A stretch of 64,000 nt of DNA from Selaginella moellendorffii (GCF_000143415.4 NW_003314358.1:72001-136000); one strand, 5' to 3'. Positions 1-13,090 are shown, counted from the first letter of the stretch. Numbers and translations are program-made. Notes: generated by a model from the letters alone, not told the origin.

Positions 1-560
1 CCAAAGTGTGTGTTCCTCAAGGGGGGGGGGGGCTGTGGGGGGTTCCAAATGTGTAGTAGGGATAGTGGGTAGGTCGGGCATGGCCGACTAACCTGAGGCA
101 TAGTCTAGCTCCTGCTTGTGTGCCTGTCCTTGTTTTGTGTCCGGCTTGGGTCTAAACCCAAGCTCCATACCATGCTAGCTGGTGGAGTACCCATGTCCTC
201 ACGTTAGGCCACTAGTATGCTAAAATAGCGCCAGACTCCGTTTGGCTCCGTTTTGCATGCTGGTCCTGGCATTGGGATGCTGAATGCTTTAGGACTATTC
301 CAAGTCACTCCGTGCTTCTGTCCTTTCACTCCTTGGGCTGTATGCTTAAGAGTTACTCCGTGGTCCGGTTCCAACACTGAATGGCTCCATGCTTAAGAGT
401 TTGGTTCCGTACCTTCATTCAATGGCCTAAGGCCTTGAAATTCAGGTTCCACACTAGTGTCCTTTGGACACATGGCATGTGACACATGGCACATGGAGGG
501 TTTAGGTTCCGCTTCATGGTTATCTTAAGGTAAATCACCATAGGATAAAGGGATTAAGGG
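1..560 (+). mobile_element. Partial Gypsy LTR (type B)
   Basis: Clearly similar to 36170-36700. Shares the CCAAAG..poly-G..GGTTCCAAA..TAGTAGGGATAGTG module with the LTR of the complete element at 26440-26515. Confidence 0.55.
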
Positions 561-599
561 ATATGTGTTATATATAAACCCTTGGTTGGAAGAATTGGC

Positions 600-1572
600 T
601 TGGGTGCACCATCAAGTGTAGGGGATGCCCTTGGGGTTGTGGTCAACAACTTAAAGGTTTAAAAGACTTAGTACCTATTGACAAACTTATTGAGATCATT
701 GGCTAAACAAAGACAAAGTCTCTGTTAGGTTAAGGAACAAGGTTCTTAGTTCAAAGTATTGATTTGAACTATTGGTAATGATGTAGTCAAGGTGACCAAG
801 TGGAAATGACCTCTAAGGAAAATGAGTAGTGGCCATACAATAATATTGTGAATCCAAGAAAATAATCTCTAAAGAAGGACCTATGGGCAAGTCACAAGTT
901 AGGCCGTGGATAAAGCCCATAGTAAATAATGTTGGAAAAACTTACTAGGGGTGAATAGCCCTTTAAACTTAACAAAGGATAACCTTTGCTATAGAACTAA
1001 AAGAATACCTTGAGGATGGAGGTAATGATCCTAGCAAAGTAGCCAAATGATAGGGCCATGGATAACCTTAGCATGAATTATAGATAAGTGAAACTTAGTG
1101 TTAAGAGTGGCACAAAATAAAAGAAAGAATGATGGTGCCCTTAAATAAAGAACTTCCTAGGATGGGGAAGTGGTGTTTATATAATCGGTGCAATAGAAAG
1201 TGTTGGACATACTTAGGAAATTGATTTAAGATATCAATATTAAAGTTCCAGAATGTGGTAATTATATTGGTAGAGGCCAAGACTACTATAAAATGAGTAG
1301 TAAAATTGAAATAAAGAAGGTGTCTCTAACAAGTTTAGCAAAAACCAAATGAACAAAAGGGAAGGACCACCACATATGTTCAAATAAGTTTTTAAGCTGG
1401 AGAGACTATGCTCCTTAGAGGATGAGCAAGGCATAGCAAGCCTTTGGTGTTGAACCATTGACAAATATTATGTAGATGCTAAGGATGAAAATGGTAATTT
1501 ATGATAGGGTTACTTTATGAAATTGTTTATCATTCGATGAGGATATCAAACTTTGTCTATGGGTGGTGGAGT
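600..1572 (+). mobile_element. 3' internal region of a Gypsy element ending in a polypurine tract
   Basis: GGGGATGCCC..GGTCAACAA motif also seen at ~4195 and ~31327. Ends GGGTGGTGGAGT (1561-1572), like the PPT of the complete element, immediately before an LTR start. Confidence 0.6.
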
Positions 1573-2965
1573 TATGAGACACAAATCCTTAAGCCCCAAA
1601 GTGGAGTCGAGAGGGTGCCACATAGTAGTGGCCGAAGTAAAAGCTAAACGAGTGTAACATATTTAAATTAAAAGCTCCAACTCGAAAAGTCAAAAGTGGG
1701 AGTGGAACTCCTAACGAAGTGCTCGAAGAACAAACACGAAACGATCAATAAGTGAGCCTCTAAAAAAGGGACATAAGGGGACCATATGGAAGTGTTGGGA
1801 CTAAGTCCAAGATGGAGTCTGAGTTGAAGTCCAAGATGGACCCGAGATAGAGTCTAAGTTGGAGTCTAAGATGGAGTTCGAGAAGGAATTCAAGATGGAC
1901 CTAAGATGGAGTTTGAGATGGAGTTTGAGATGGACCTGATATAGAGTTCAAGATGGACCCAAGATGGAGTTCAAAATGGACCCAAGATGGAGTCTGAAAA
2001 AGAGTCTGAGAAGGAGTCTAAGATGGAGTACAAGATGGAGCCCAAGGTCGACTCTGAGATGGAAACTAAGATTAGGTCTGAGATCAAATTGAGAACAAGA
2101 TTAAAACCGAGATTGAGACCAAGACCGAGACTCAGACCGAGTCCAAGTTCAAGTTTGAGTCCAAATCTGAGTCTGAGTTCAAGTTCGAGTTCGAGTTCAA
2201 GGGTGAAAGCCCAAAGCAATGGTATCCCAAACCCTGAGGGGTTTGGTGAGCTCCAAAAAGATAGTAGGGGGAGGATTCTAATGGAATTAATTTAGCCAAG
2301 AAAGGTTAGTATGACTAAGGAAGGTTATACCCATGTGGTAAGTGATGATATAACCATTGAGAAGTCCAAATCTAGAGTGAACATGGATAGATAAGTGGGG
2401 CAACTTAGTGAAGTGTTCAAAAGTCGAATCTAACTCCCCTAGGAGATCAAATGGTTAATACGTGGCACTACTTATTTGGTTACCTAGTGTGGCTTATTAA
2501 AACCTCACTCTAACCATATGATTAGGCACCCAAAGGCAAAAGGTGGGGAGAGTACCCATAAGGCTCGTATAGGGCCATGGTGTTTCGAAATATCATCCCA
2601 ATATCCTAGACTATGGAAAGGAAGAAGAGAAGTCCTCTTGTGTAGTGACCAAGAATATGATCCCATAGTGAAAAAGTTTTAAAGGTCATTAGGATTTAGT
2701 GGTCAGGCCCTTGGGCCCTGACTCAATGGCAGTATTGGCAAGCACTATTGGGGACAAAATGGGACTTGATGAGGATCAAAAAAGAGATGTTGGGCAAAGG
2801 TGTTCCCCATGTCTTTAGACATCCTAAGGATGCTAAGCTATGGTCAAGGGATGACCACTCATGGACAGATGGCCCAGTCTCTTAGAGATGGGACTGTAAT
2901 ACAAGTAGTCTTAGATTACCAATATGACAAAGGCAAATATGCATGGCCTTAGTGTATTGTGTTGA
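1573..2965 (+). mobile_element. Gypsy LTR (type A), 3'-truncated, with internal 11/12-bp repeat array
   Basis: Starts TATGAGACAC (decayed TGTGAGACAC) after the PPT. It is the reverse complement of the LTR copies at 6581-8371 and 8656-10201. GAGATGGAGTCC/GAGATGGACCC array at ~1800-2200. Confidence 0.75.
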
Positions 2966-2999
2966 TATACTTCTAAAACAATAATGCACTAAGCTAAAA

Positions 3000-4260
3000 T
3001 TCAACATAATCTATCATCTATAAATAGTATTAAGTATTGAGTCAAGTATGATGGCAATAACACTTCTTGATAGATAGGTAAGCAGAAAAGGTGAATAAGT
3101 ATTTAAATGATTATTTGCGATGCTATGTCTCTGGAGACCAAACTGATTAGGTAAGTCTTTTTGGATTTGCAAAAATGTGTTATAACAACTCACCACATTA
3201 AGTATTGAGGTGAGTCCATAGAAAATTATCAATAGGCGATTTATTGAAGGTCCTATAAAACCTGGTATGGCCAAGTATTATAAAGAGTTACCCATAATGG
3301 AGGTATTCATGGTAGAAAGACTTAACATTTGGACTCTAGTAAAGGATTCCTTAGAACAGCTTAACAAAGGTAAACCAAGTATGTGAACCAGAAGTGCAAA
3401 GACATAGAATTCCACCTTGGGGAGAAGGTGTGGCTGAACTCCAAAAACCTAAGGTTACCAAATGGGATTAGCCAAAAATTGACTCAAAGGTAAAATGCAT
3501 ATATTCTTGAAATAAACTAATCTTGAGTTCTTTAAACAAGTTTGTGGGGTCCTATGAGATTGAGGCTCAAATTGATAAAGTGGTTTACTGCCTCCAACTT
3601 CCTTAAGAGATAGGGAACATACACCTTGTGTTCTATATGAACTTACTCAAATAATATTTTGAGGACGCACTTCATAAAGACTAAGTGAGACTTTTACCTG
3701 AGGTTATCCAAAGGGAGGACAAATACAAATTTGAGGCCATCCTTAATGTGTACAAGAGCAAGTGATAAAGATGTGAGGTGGAGTTCAATATGAAGTGGAA
3801 AGGATTTCCACTTTGTAAAGCAATATAGGAACTAGAGAAAAACTTAGCAAATGCGTGAAATTTAATAAAGGAATTTTTGCAAGGTAGAACTTTATGTACT
3901 CATACAAGGTTCAACTAAAAACATTAATTTGATAAATTGAGGAATGTCCTAAATTGGGTTCCAAAATGTGCTAGAGGCAAGCTAATTAACATAAGCTTAG
4001 TTAAATTGACTAGGTATAAAGAACTATGCTTGACTCCCTTAAGGGATGTCAAATTTATAGAGTATTCTATAGAGGTTGAGTTCAAGTCCTAACCCTTTAC
4101 TAAAGTGAGGTGAGAGGAGAGGTATAGAGACACCTATATCTCATTGTCATGGGCTCCTAGCTAGGGAGGTTAACTTAGGCATGCTGCTAATTGGGGGGAT
4201 GCCCTCGAGGCTATAGTCAACAAGTTGCAAGATTGAATAGATATGTTCAATATGGGTGAT
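3000..4260 (+). pseudogene. Degenerate Gypsy integrase C-terminus, GPY/F module and chromodomain, plus 3' UTR
   Basis: Reads EFHLGEKVWLNSKNLRLPNGISQKLTQR..FVGSYEIEAQIDKVVYCLQLP and a decayed chromodomain (..KWKGFP..). Colinear with 30530-31380. Confidence 0.8.
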
Positions 4261-4299
4261 GGCACACTTAGTTGGTGGTGACAACAGCTCATTGAAAAT

Positions 4300-4620
4300 T
4301 TAAATTAGAATCCTATAGCATAGAAATAAGGTGTGAGGAGCTTTTTCTCATTTGAAATCAAAAAAGCGTGGGATGGTCTTTTGACTAGTAGGGAGGAGGT
4401 CCGTGAGGAGATCTCTAAGCTATGGAGGAAGTGGATCAAACAAGGAGTCGAGGTAAACTAAGTGGTGGACAATACACTCACCTTCTAAAAATTACTAATA
4501 CAAGAGAAAGTCAAGGCCATCTTGTGGTTGGTGGCAAACAATAGGTTACCAATGGGATAGCAGTTCTAGAAGGTAGCATACCAATGATGTAAAGAGTGTG
4601 GTCCGAAAAATAGATTCATA
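4300..4620 (+). mobile_element. Possible LINE (zf-RVT-like) fragment
   Basis: Translation KVKAILWLVANNRLPMG...KECG resembles the zf-RVT region of plant L1 ORF2. Short and degenerate. Confidence 0.35.
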
Positions 4621-7600
4621 ACAAATTTCAAGACCACACTTCTGCTATGCTATTCTGATTTTGCACATTCCTATAAATCTGTTTTTCTAAGTACTAACCT
4701 ACCTAGAATTGTCTTTAAAACCCTTGAAGGGATTTTGTCTCTTAGGTTGCCAAGGCTTTTCCTTTTACAAGTTTTTTAACTGCCATAAAATCTAATATGG
4801 GCAATTCCACACTTTAGACTCTCTATGGCATCATGTTTACTAATAACACCTTCAAGCATTCATTTAATTTCCCACTCCCAACTTGTATAGCTATTATTGA
4901 TTTTGCCCTTCGATTCCTATAGCTCAATTTTATCCTTTTATTATTTGTTTTCGGCCTCACACATTCCCTTCGGTTATTGTTCTTCCAGGCTAAGAGAATA
5001 GCTTTGCACTTTCTACTATGATTTAGCAAGTATTGTTAAAGATGAATCTACCTGATAGGTTAGGGAGTGGTTCTTTAATCTGGATATATTCACTTTATAA
5101 TCTCATATACCAAGATTATTATTGTTACTCACAGGCCTTTGTTTTCCTGTTTCTAGCTTTGCCAAAAATCCTTTTGGCTTTGTCCAATTCAGATAAACAA
5201 ATTTCTTTTATTTCCACATCTTAAACGTTAGATAGCACCTCCTATCCATTTTTTCGCTAAGGACTTAGTCCTTTGGGCCTTATTGAATGCCCTCATGATA
5301 CCAAACACCACTTTCTGATGCTTTAGAGTGTTTAGATGTCCCAATAATGGCCTTTCTTGACAATAAGCATTCCCATGTACGATATTGACTCATTATATTG
5401 CAACATAAATAATTTATCCCTTAAGAGATATATTTACCCTTCTCATCCTAATAAAAAGTCTTTAAAAAGTTAATTTCCACCAATCTAATCAATTATATCA
5501 CATTTATTACTTAGTTTCCTTATAGTCATCCAATTTTATAACTCATTGCTAGTGCTTCCACACCTCCATCATTATTTGGGTCAACACACTCAAATCATAT
5601 ACCCTCTAGTTCAGTTATGCCCATCCCATTTCCATTATGATTCCTTTAGCAAGGGATTTTTATGAACAAACCAACTTAATCTCAAGGCATCAGACATCAC
5701 ATATATTGGGTTTAAAGGATTTGTCATCCTGAAATTTGGATTCATTTTAGTTTTTATATAATCTGTAGAACCGTGCACAGAGGTTTGGCTCCAGATCACA
5801 CTTTGGAACATTTGGTGTCTCCACACTATCAACTCGATAAGTCTACCCTCATGACACTTTAAAGCTTTGCCAAGATAATAGTAGTCATTTGTTATGCTAA
5901 TTATTCATTAGCACTACAACATAGTGTTCATACACAATTCATCACCAAAGTTGCTTTTTTCCATAAACACTTTTCCACAACTTTAGTATAGCATATTCTA
6001 TCATCAATGAGATACTTATTTTTCTCATATTTGGATCTCCTAATCCTCCTAGTCTTTCGTAATGTGGAACACACCTCCATCTAAATGGGATTCCTCCAAA
6101 CTTTTAGGACCATCCCTTAACTCTACGAAATCATCTAACTTTTGGACTTTGTTAATTCAATTTCCCATAAGGTTTTAGCCTCCTGACTACTTTTGAGGCG
6201 CCATCACACTTGAATACAACTTCTTATATACACATCCCATTCACAAGAATTATCTTTGCAAGTGTTACTCTAACATTTGATTATCCTTTGTTTTATGTGA
6301 GCTACATTTGGCCCTTAAAACTATCCTTTTATATGATGAAACGCTTACTCATCCTTTTAATACACCCTTAATTCCTTGGGTTGTTCCGACCTTTATTAAA
6401 AGTAGCCTCAGCTACCATTTCAAGGACATATGTCTTCATTCATATTTGACCTCCTATGGTCACCAACTCTAGTGTCAAATTCTTGAGCATCATCCTTAAC
6501 TATATGAGAATAATTTTATGACTCATTTATTGTATCATTCATGTAATCCCAACTGTAGTTGTTTACCACAACCATATTAATATGAGTGACTGTATTTTTC
6601 ATTCTACTTTAGTCACCTAACCACACCTCTAACCACTTAGAAAAGTCTCATTCACAACCTCCATAAATCCTACTCCGAACTTTGGGGACTTGCTAGCCTC
6701 ATGAATGACATTTATGCCATTTAACCTTTGCACTTTGTCCAAGTGCTTCATATGTCCAATCCCATAACCGACTCCCACAAATATCACCAACATATTAGCT
6801 CATTATGATAAGGCCATGCCCATTCACCTTTGTCACACCGGTGGTCTAACACCATCTACATCATGGTCCCATCTCTCAAAAACTAGGTCATCCGTCCATG
6901 AGTGATCATCCCAGATCCACTCCTTAACATCCTTAGGATCCTTACAGATATAGGGAATAGCTTTCCCCAATATCCCTTTTTTAGTCCCCATTAAGTCCCT
7001 TTCCATCCATGGCCATGTTTGCCAACACTACCATTGGGTCGAGGTTTGAAGGCCCGACCACTAAGTCTTATTAACCTCACAGACTTTTTCACCATATGAC
7101 CATATCCTTAGTCATTACACAAAAGGACTACTCCTCTTCCTTTCCATAGTCTAGGAATTTGGGATGATATTTTGAAATACTGTAGCCCTACACGAGCCTC
7201 ATGGGTACTCTCCCCACCTTCCACCTTTGGGTGCCTTAGCCATTTGGCTAGAGCAAGATTCCAATGAGTCATGCTATGTATTCAAGTAGGTAGTGCCACC
7301 CACACTTAGATTGGGAGCATTAACCATTTGATGTCCCGAGGGAGATAAAGTTAGCTCTTGAACACTTCACCAAATTACCCTGCTTGTCTATCCATATTCA
7401 CTCTAGTCTTGGATTCCTTAGTGGATATATCATCACCTAACACATAGGTATAGCCTTCCTTACTAGCCTTTCCTGGCTAAATTGGCTCCACTATAGTCCT
7501 CCCCTTAGTATACTTTTAGAGCTCACCAAACCCCCTAGGGTTTGGGAGACAAACGCTTTGGGTTTTTACCCTCGGACTCGAACTTGGACTTGGACTCAAA

Positions 7601-10201
7601 CTCAGACTTGGTCTCAGTCTCGGTCTTGGTCTCTTTCTCGGCCTCGACCTCAGACTCTATCTTAGGTCCATCTCAGACTTAATCTCAAAATCCATCTCAA
7701 ACTCCATCTTGGATCCATTTCGGGCTCCATCTTAGGTCCATCTCAAACTCCATCTCAGGTCTATCTTGGATTCCATCTCGGGTCCATCTCGAACTCAATT
7801 TTGGATCCCTCTTAGATCCATCTCGAACTCCATCTCAGGTCCATCTCGGGCTCCATTTTGAGACCATCTTGAACTCCATCTCGGGTCCATCTCGGACTCC
7901 ATCTCGGGTCCATCTCAAACTCTATCTCAGGTCCATCTCAGACTCTATCTCAATTCGATCTCAGACTTTATTTTGGATCCCTCTCGAATCCATCTCGAAC
8001 TCCATCTTGGACTCCATCTCAGACTCCATCTCAGGTCCATATGAGACTCCATCTTGAGTCCATCTCAAACTCCTTCCCAAACTCCATCTCGGACTCCATC
8101 TCAGGTACATCTCGGGCTTCTTCTCAAACTCCATCTCAACACTTCCATATGTCATGTATTGGTCCTCTTGTGTCCCTTTTCTAGAGACTCACTTACCACT
8201 TGCTTCAAGCTCGTTCCTCGAGCATTTTGTTGGGAGTTCCACTCCCACTTTTGATTGTTCAAGTCGGATCTTTTAGTATAAATGTGTTATGCTTGTTTGA
8301 CTTCTGCTTTGGCCATTACCACATAGCACCCTTTTGGCTCCAATTTGGGGCTTAGGGTTTTGTGTCTCACAATTAATTAGTTTGCTAAGTCAAATGCTTA
8401 TATAAATCATATCCTCAACTCTCTAAGGAAAACCTTCTATTATTCCCAAAATCCCAAAGTCATTCCCTTATTAACCCTTTCTATCCACCACATTGCTTAC
8501 ATATTCACATATAAACTAAAGTGAAAAGCCATGCCTTCTCGACATGCTACTCTTCGAGGATAAGCCCATTTTTGGGACCTTTTGATGCCAATACAAGTGG
8601 TGATATACTTGACCACCAATGAAAGTCAAACTAAGGAATAGCTCTGATACCAAATTATAAACGACTAAATTGTCCATTCTACGTTAGTCACTTAACCACA
8701 CCTTTAACCACTTGGAGGTGTCTCACTCACAACCTCCATAAATCTTATTCCTAACTTGGGGGCATGCTAGTTATGTGAATGGCATCTATGCCACTCAGTC
8801 TTTGCATTTGGCCCAAGTGTTCCAAATGTTTAATTTCATACAAACACCCAACAGTGCCACTGACATATCAACTCAATACACTAAGGTTATACCCATTCAC
8901 CTTTATCACATTGGTAGTCCAAGACTACTTATATTACAATCTCGTCTCCAAGAGACTTGGCCACCTGTCTATGAGTGGTCATCCCTTAACCACAGCTTAA
9001 CATCCTTAGAATGTCCAAAGACATGGGGAACACTTTTACCCAACATCCCTTCTTCAATCCCCACCAAGTCCCACTCCATCCCCGACAGTGTTTACCAATA
9101 CTGCCATTGAGTCAGGGCCCAAGGGCTTGACCACTAAATCCTAATGACTTTTGGGACTTCTTCACCACAGGATCATATTTTTGGTCACTACACAAGAGGA
9201 TTGTTCCTCTTCCTTTCCATAATTCAGGACATTGGGACAACATTTTGAAACACTGTAACCCTATACAAGCCTCATGTGTATTCTCCCCACCTTCTACTAT
9301 TGGGTGCTCTAGTCATATAGCTAGAGTAAGGTTTCAATAAGCCATACTAGGTATCCAAGTAGGTAGTGCCACCCACATTTAAATTGGGAACATTGACCAT
9401 TTGATCTCTCGAAGGAACTAGAGTCAACTCTTGAACACTTCACCAAGCTACCCCATAGCTTGTCCATCTATGTTCACTCTAACTTTGGACTTTTTAATAG
9501 TTATATCATTGCCCACTATATAGCCTTCCATGATCACACTAGCCTTTTCTGGCCAAACAAATTCCACTGAAGTCCTCCCCCTACTATCCTTTTGAAGCTC
9601 ACCAAACCCTTTAAAGTCTAGGAGATGATTGCTTTGGCTTTCACCCTCGGACTTGAATTCAGACTTAGATTTGGACTCGAAGTTGAACTTGGACTCGAAC
9701 TCGGTCTCAGTCTCGATCTCGGTCTTGGTCTCGGTCTCGGTCTCGGCCTTGATCTTGGACCCAATCTTGGTTTCCATCTCAAACTCGACCTTGGGCTCCA
9801 TCTCAGGCTCCATCTCAAACTCCATCTTGGGTCCATCTCAAACTCCATCTTGTGTCCATCTCAAACTCCATCTCAAACTCCATTTTGGGTCCATTTTGGA
9901 CTCCAATTTAAACTCCTTCTCAAACTCCATCTCAGGTGCATCTCAAGTCTATCTTAGATTCGGTCCTGACACTTCCATGTGTTATGTGTTGGTCCTCTTG
10001 TATCCTTTTTTTATAGGTTCACTTATTGATCGCTTTGTGCTTATTCTTTGAGCACTTCATTAGGAGTTCCACTCCTGCTCTAGACTTTTCGAGTCAAAGG
10101 CTTTAATCCAAATGTGTTACATTCATTTGGCTTTTGCTTCAGCTACTACCACATGGCACCCTCTCGGCTCCACTTTGGGGCTTAAGGATTTATGTTTCAT
10201 A
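4620..10201 (-). mobile_element. Degenerate Gypsy element (type A): 5' LTR 8656-10201, tRNA-iMet PBS 8641-8652, decayed internal region
   Basis: GCTCTGATACCA (reverse complement TGGTATCAGAGC) lies 3 nt from the LTR edge. The internal region is homologous to 24600-25390. The left boundary is approximate. Confidence 0.7.
6581..8371 (-). mobile_element. Solo LTR (type A) with 5-bp TSD ATTAA
   Basis: ATTAA at 6576-6580 and 8372-8376. The joined flanks match the uninterrupted sequence at ~25090-25130. Ends ...GTCTCACA. Confidence 0.85.
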
Positions 10202-11820
10202 ACTACCTTTTGCATTTACTTCCACTATAGTGGGTATGAAATGTGCTAATTTAGATAACTGATTCACCACCACAAATATCACATCAAACCCCTCATTTGG
10301 GGGGAGTCTCATGATGAAGTTTAGCATAAGACATTTCTATAGACAATCTGGGATTAATAAGCCCCCACTAACTTTAGTCACAACCTTCATTTGTTGATAT
10401 GTTGGATATATTTTTATATAGTCTTGAATGTCTTTAGCCATGTTTAGCTAGTGATATTTTTTCTTCAGCAAACCCATCATCTTGGGCACTCTGTCATCTC
10501 CTACATAAGATCCATCATGACACTCCTTTAAGGCTACCTTCCTTAGTTCCCTTTGTGGAATATATATCTTTGTTTGCTTATAATAAACAAGTCTATTGCG
10601 TTTCACATACTTAGTTTTTTCTTTCCATATTTTTTGTGAGCATTCTACACCTCTTTGTTCCTTAGCAACACTTCTTATACTTAACCATCATCCATATATA
10701 CTATCCATACATCATCTTAAAAAGTTGTTGTTGTATTGGATACCACCAATTTCAAACTTACTTTCCGACTTAGAGTATTTGCCATGATATTGCTCTTCTT
10801 AGGTTTATATAGAATCTCATAATCAAACTTGACCAAAGCATTGGCCCACCAACCCTATTTTCTTCAAAGGTCAAGCTATGATAAGAAATGCTTCATTCCC
10901 ACATTATCTGTGTATACCTTGAGGTACCTCCCAAAGTAGTGTTGCCACTCCTTAAGTGCCTTAACCACTATAAACAATTCCCTTTCATGGGCAAACTATG
11001 TTCATTGAGCTTTGTCCAACTTCTTTAAGAAAAACACCATTAGCTAATTATCTTACTTCAAAATTGCACCCAATGCAAAGTTTGAGATGTTCGTTTTTAC
11101 CTCAAAGTATTTACTAAAGTCTAGTAATGCCAACACGAGAGTCTTTCTCAACTTCCCTTTGAGATGGATAAATACCACTTCATATTCTACTATTCATACC
11201 ATCTTCTCTTTTCCCTTTTTATTTTGTTAAATGCAAAATTACTCTTAAATAGTGTTTTATGAAATTTCGATAGTAATTGCATAACCCCAAAAACACCCTT
11301 AACTCGTGTACATTCAATGGATGTTCTCATTCCTAGATTGCTTGGACTTTCTTAGGGTCCACTTTGAGCCCATCCTTACCCACTACATACCCAAGAAATT
11401 TTATATTTTATTAAGCAAAGTTACATTTATTTTCTTTAGTGTACAACTTATGTTCCCTTAGTTTTTCAAATACCCTCGTCAGGTGTTTGATAAATAAGGT
11501 ACAAGATATGGTTTGAGAACATTATTAATGCATTGCACAGCCCAAAGGGCATCACTAAAAACTCAAAAATTTCATACCTTGTTTAACAAATTGTTTTTTC
11601 GACATCTTCCTTTACTACCTTAATTTAGTAGTATCGTAACCTTAAATCAATTCTCAATAAATATTTTGCCTTTCCCAATCTAATGAACAAAAATCCTCAA
11701 TCTTTGGTAAAAGGTACTTGTTCTTTTTTATATACTTATTTAGTAACCAATAATCTATCCAAAGCCATCTTTATTTTTCACAAATAACATTAGTGCCTTA
11801 ATTTGGCCACACATACTTAA
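10202..11820 (-). pseudogene. Degenerate Gypsy pol (RT, RNase H, integrase zinc finger)
   Basis: The minus strand reads KKNKYLLPKIED, RNase H remnants and YIPQRELRKVALKECHD. Colinear with 29300-30450, with many stops. Confidence 0.8.
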
Positions 11821-12079
11821 GGCTTTAAGTTGGAGACAAGGAAATTGGCAAACATGATGGTGGATTTGTATGCCTTTTTAATACCAATGTTATAATCCAG
11901 CCCGAAAAGACAAAAATTTAATCTTTTTAGACTATGCTACATTTTCTCTTAAAGTTCTTTACCACCTAACTACCCCACCTCAAAAACTTCACTGCACTAC
12001 TGCTCCACTATGAACCCTAGGGTAAGTTAAGTTCCTTACCCCAACATACTTTAATATACCCTTGAGTCGCCAGCTTTGA

Positions 12080-13090
12080 CCACATTAAGTGTGGAAGTTT
12101 AGACAATGCTTGCCAGATCTTTGATTCAATGGAGCAGCATGACATCGTTTCCTGGACATCAATCATCACAGGCTATGCTCACGAGAGCCAAGATGGAGAA
12201 GAGCTTTGCTTCTACAAGGATTTAAACCCAATCGTTTAGCTTGTCTGGCCACTATCAAGGCTTGTAGCATTCTAGCCGAGAAGAAACAAGGCAAGATTTA
12301 GATGTAGAATCTCTTGAGAAAGCAATTGGATTTCACAGCTTGGCCTGGAGAAGGATCCATCGCTTGCTAACAGATGTATGCCAAGAGCGGAAGCTTGATC
12401 GTGGACGCTTGCCGGGTGTCTGATAAGATCTTAGATCCCAACATAGTCTCGTGGAACTCTTTCCTGTTTGGATGTGTTTATAACTGTGAGGACGAGCTTG
12501 CATTGGAAAGTTATGCGGCCATGGAAGTTGCTCCAAACTCTCTTGTGTTGTTGCAAGCTTGTGGGAACGTGGGAGATTTGAAGCTTGGGAAGCTCTTCCA
12601 CGGACAGATTCTCCGGCAGAGACTAGAAGAGTGTTTTCACGCCTCTGTGGCTATTTTCCTGCTCGACTTCTACTGTAAATGCGGGAGCGTCGAGGACACC
12701 GAGCTCCTGTTTGAGAGCTCAGGTCGAAATGCATCCCCTACCCGAGATTCCATCACTTCCCCAACACTGTGGCGTGGAATACTTTGATCGCAGGACATGG
12801 CGCTTGAGGAGACGCCATCGCTGCGTTCCAAGCGTTTCGGAGCATGCGAGAGGAAGCCAAACAGCGTAACCTTTGTGGAGATATTCTCAGCGTGCAGTCA
12901 CGCAGATATTCTCGATCGAGGAAGGGAGTTCTTGAATGGAATGTGGTCCAAGTTTGCACATCGAGCACTTCTACTGCATGACCAACGTTCTTGGCCGTGT
13001 AAGTAACGTCCAGGATGCCATTGCTTTAGCGAGGAGAATGCTATTCCAGCCAAATAGCGTGACATGGACAACGATATGGAGGAAAAGATA
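12080..13090 (+). pseudogene. PLS-class PPR pseudogene
   Basis: Motifs such as IFDSMEQHDIVSWTSIITGYA, LLDFYCKCGSVED and KPNSVTFVEIFSACSHA, broken by stops and frameshifts. Confidence 0.8.

Noticed and set aside
1971-2295. Ser/Glu/Arg-Pro-rich ORFs here and at 7869-8254, 9448-10051, 25680-26502 and 32823-33228
   Set aside because: They are by-products of stop-poor 6/12-bp LTR repeats and are open in several frames on both strands.
7660-8140. Regular short repeats resembling a CRISPR array
   Set aside because: Units are adjacent with no unique spacers, the context is a eukaryotic LTR, and there are no cas genes.
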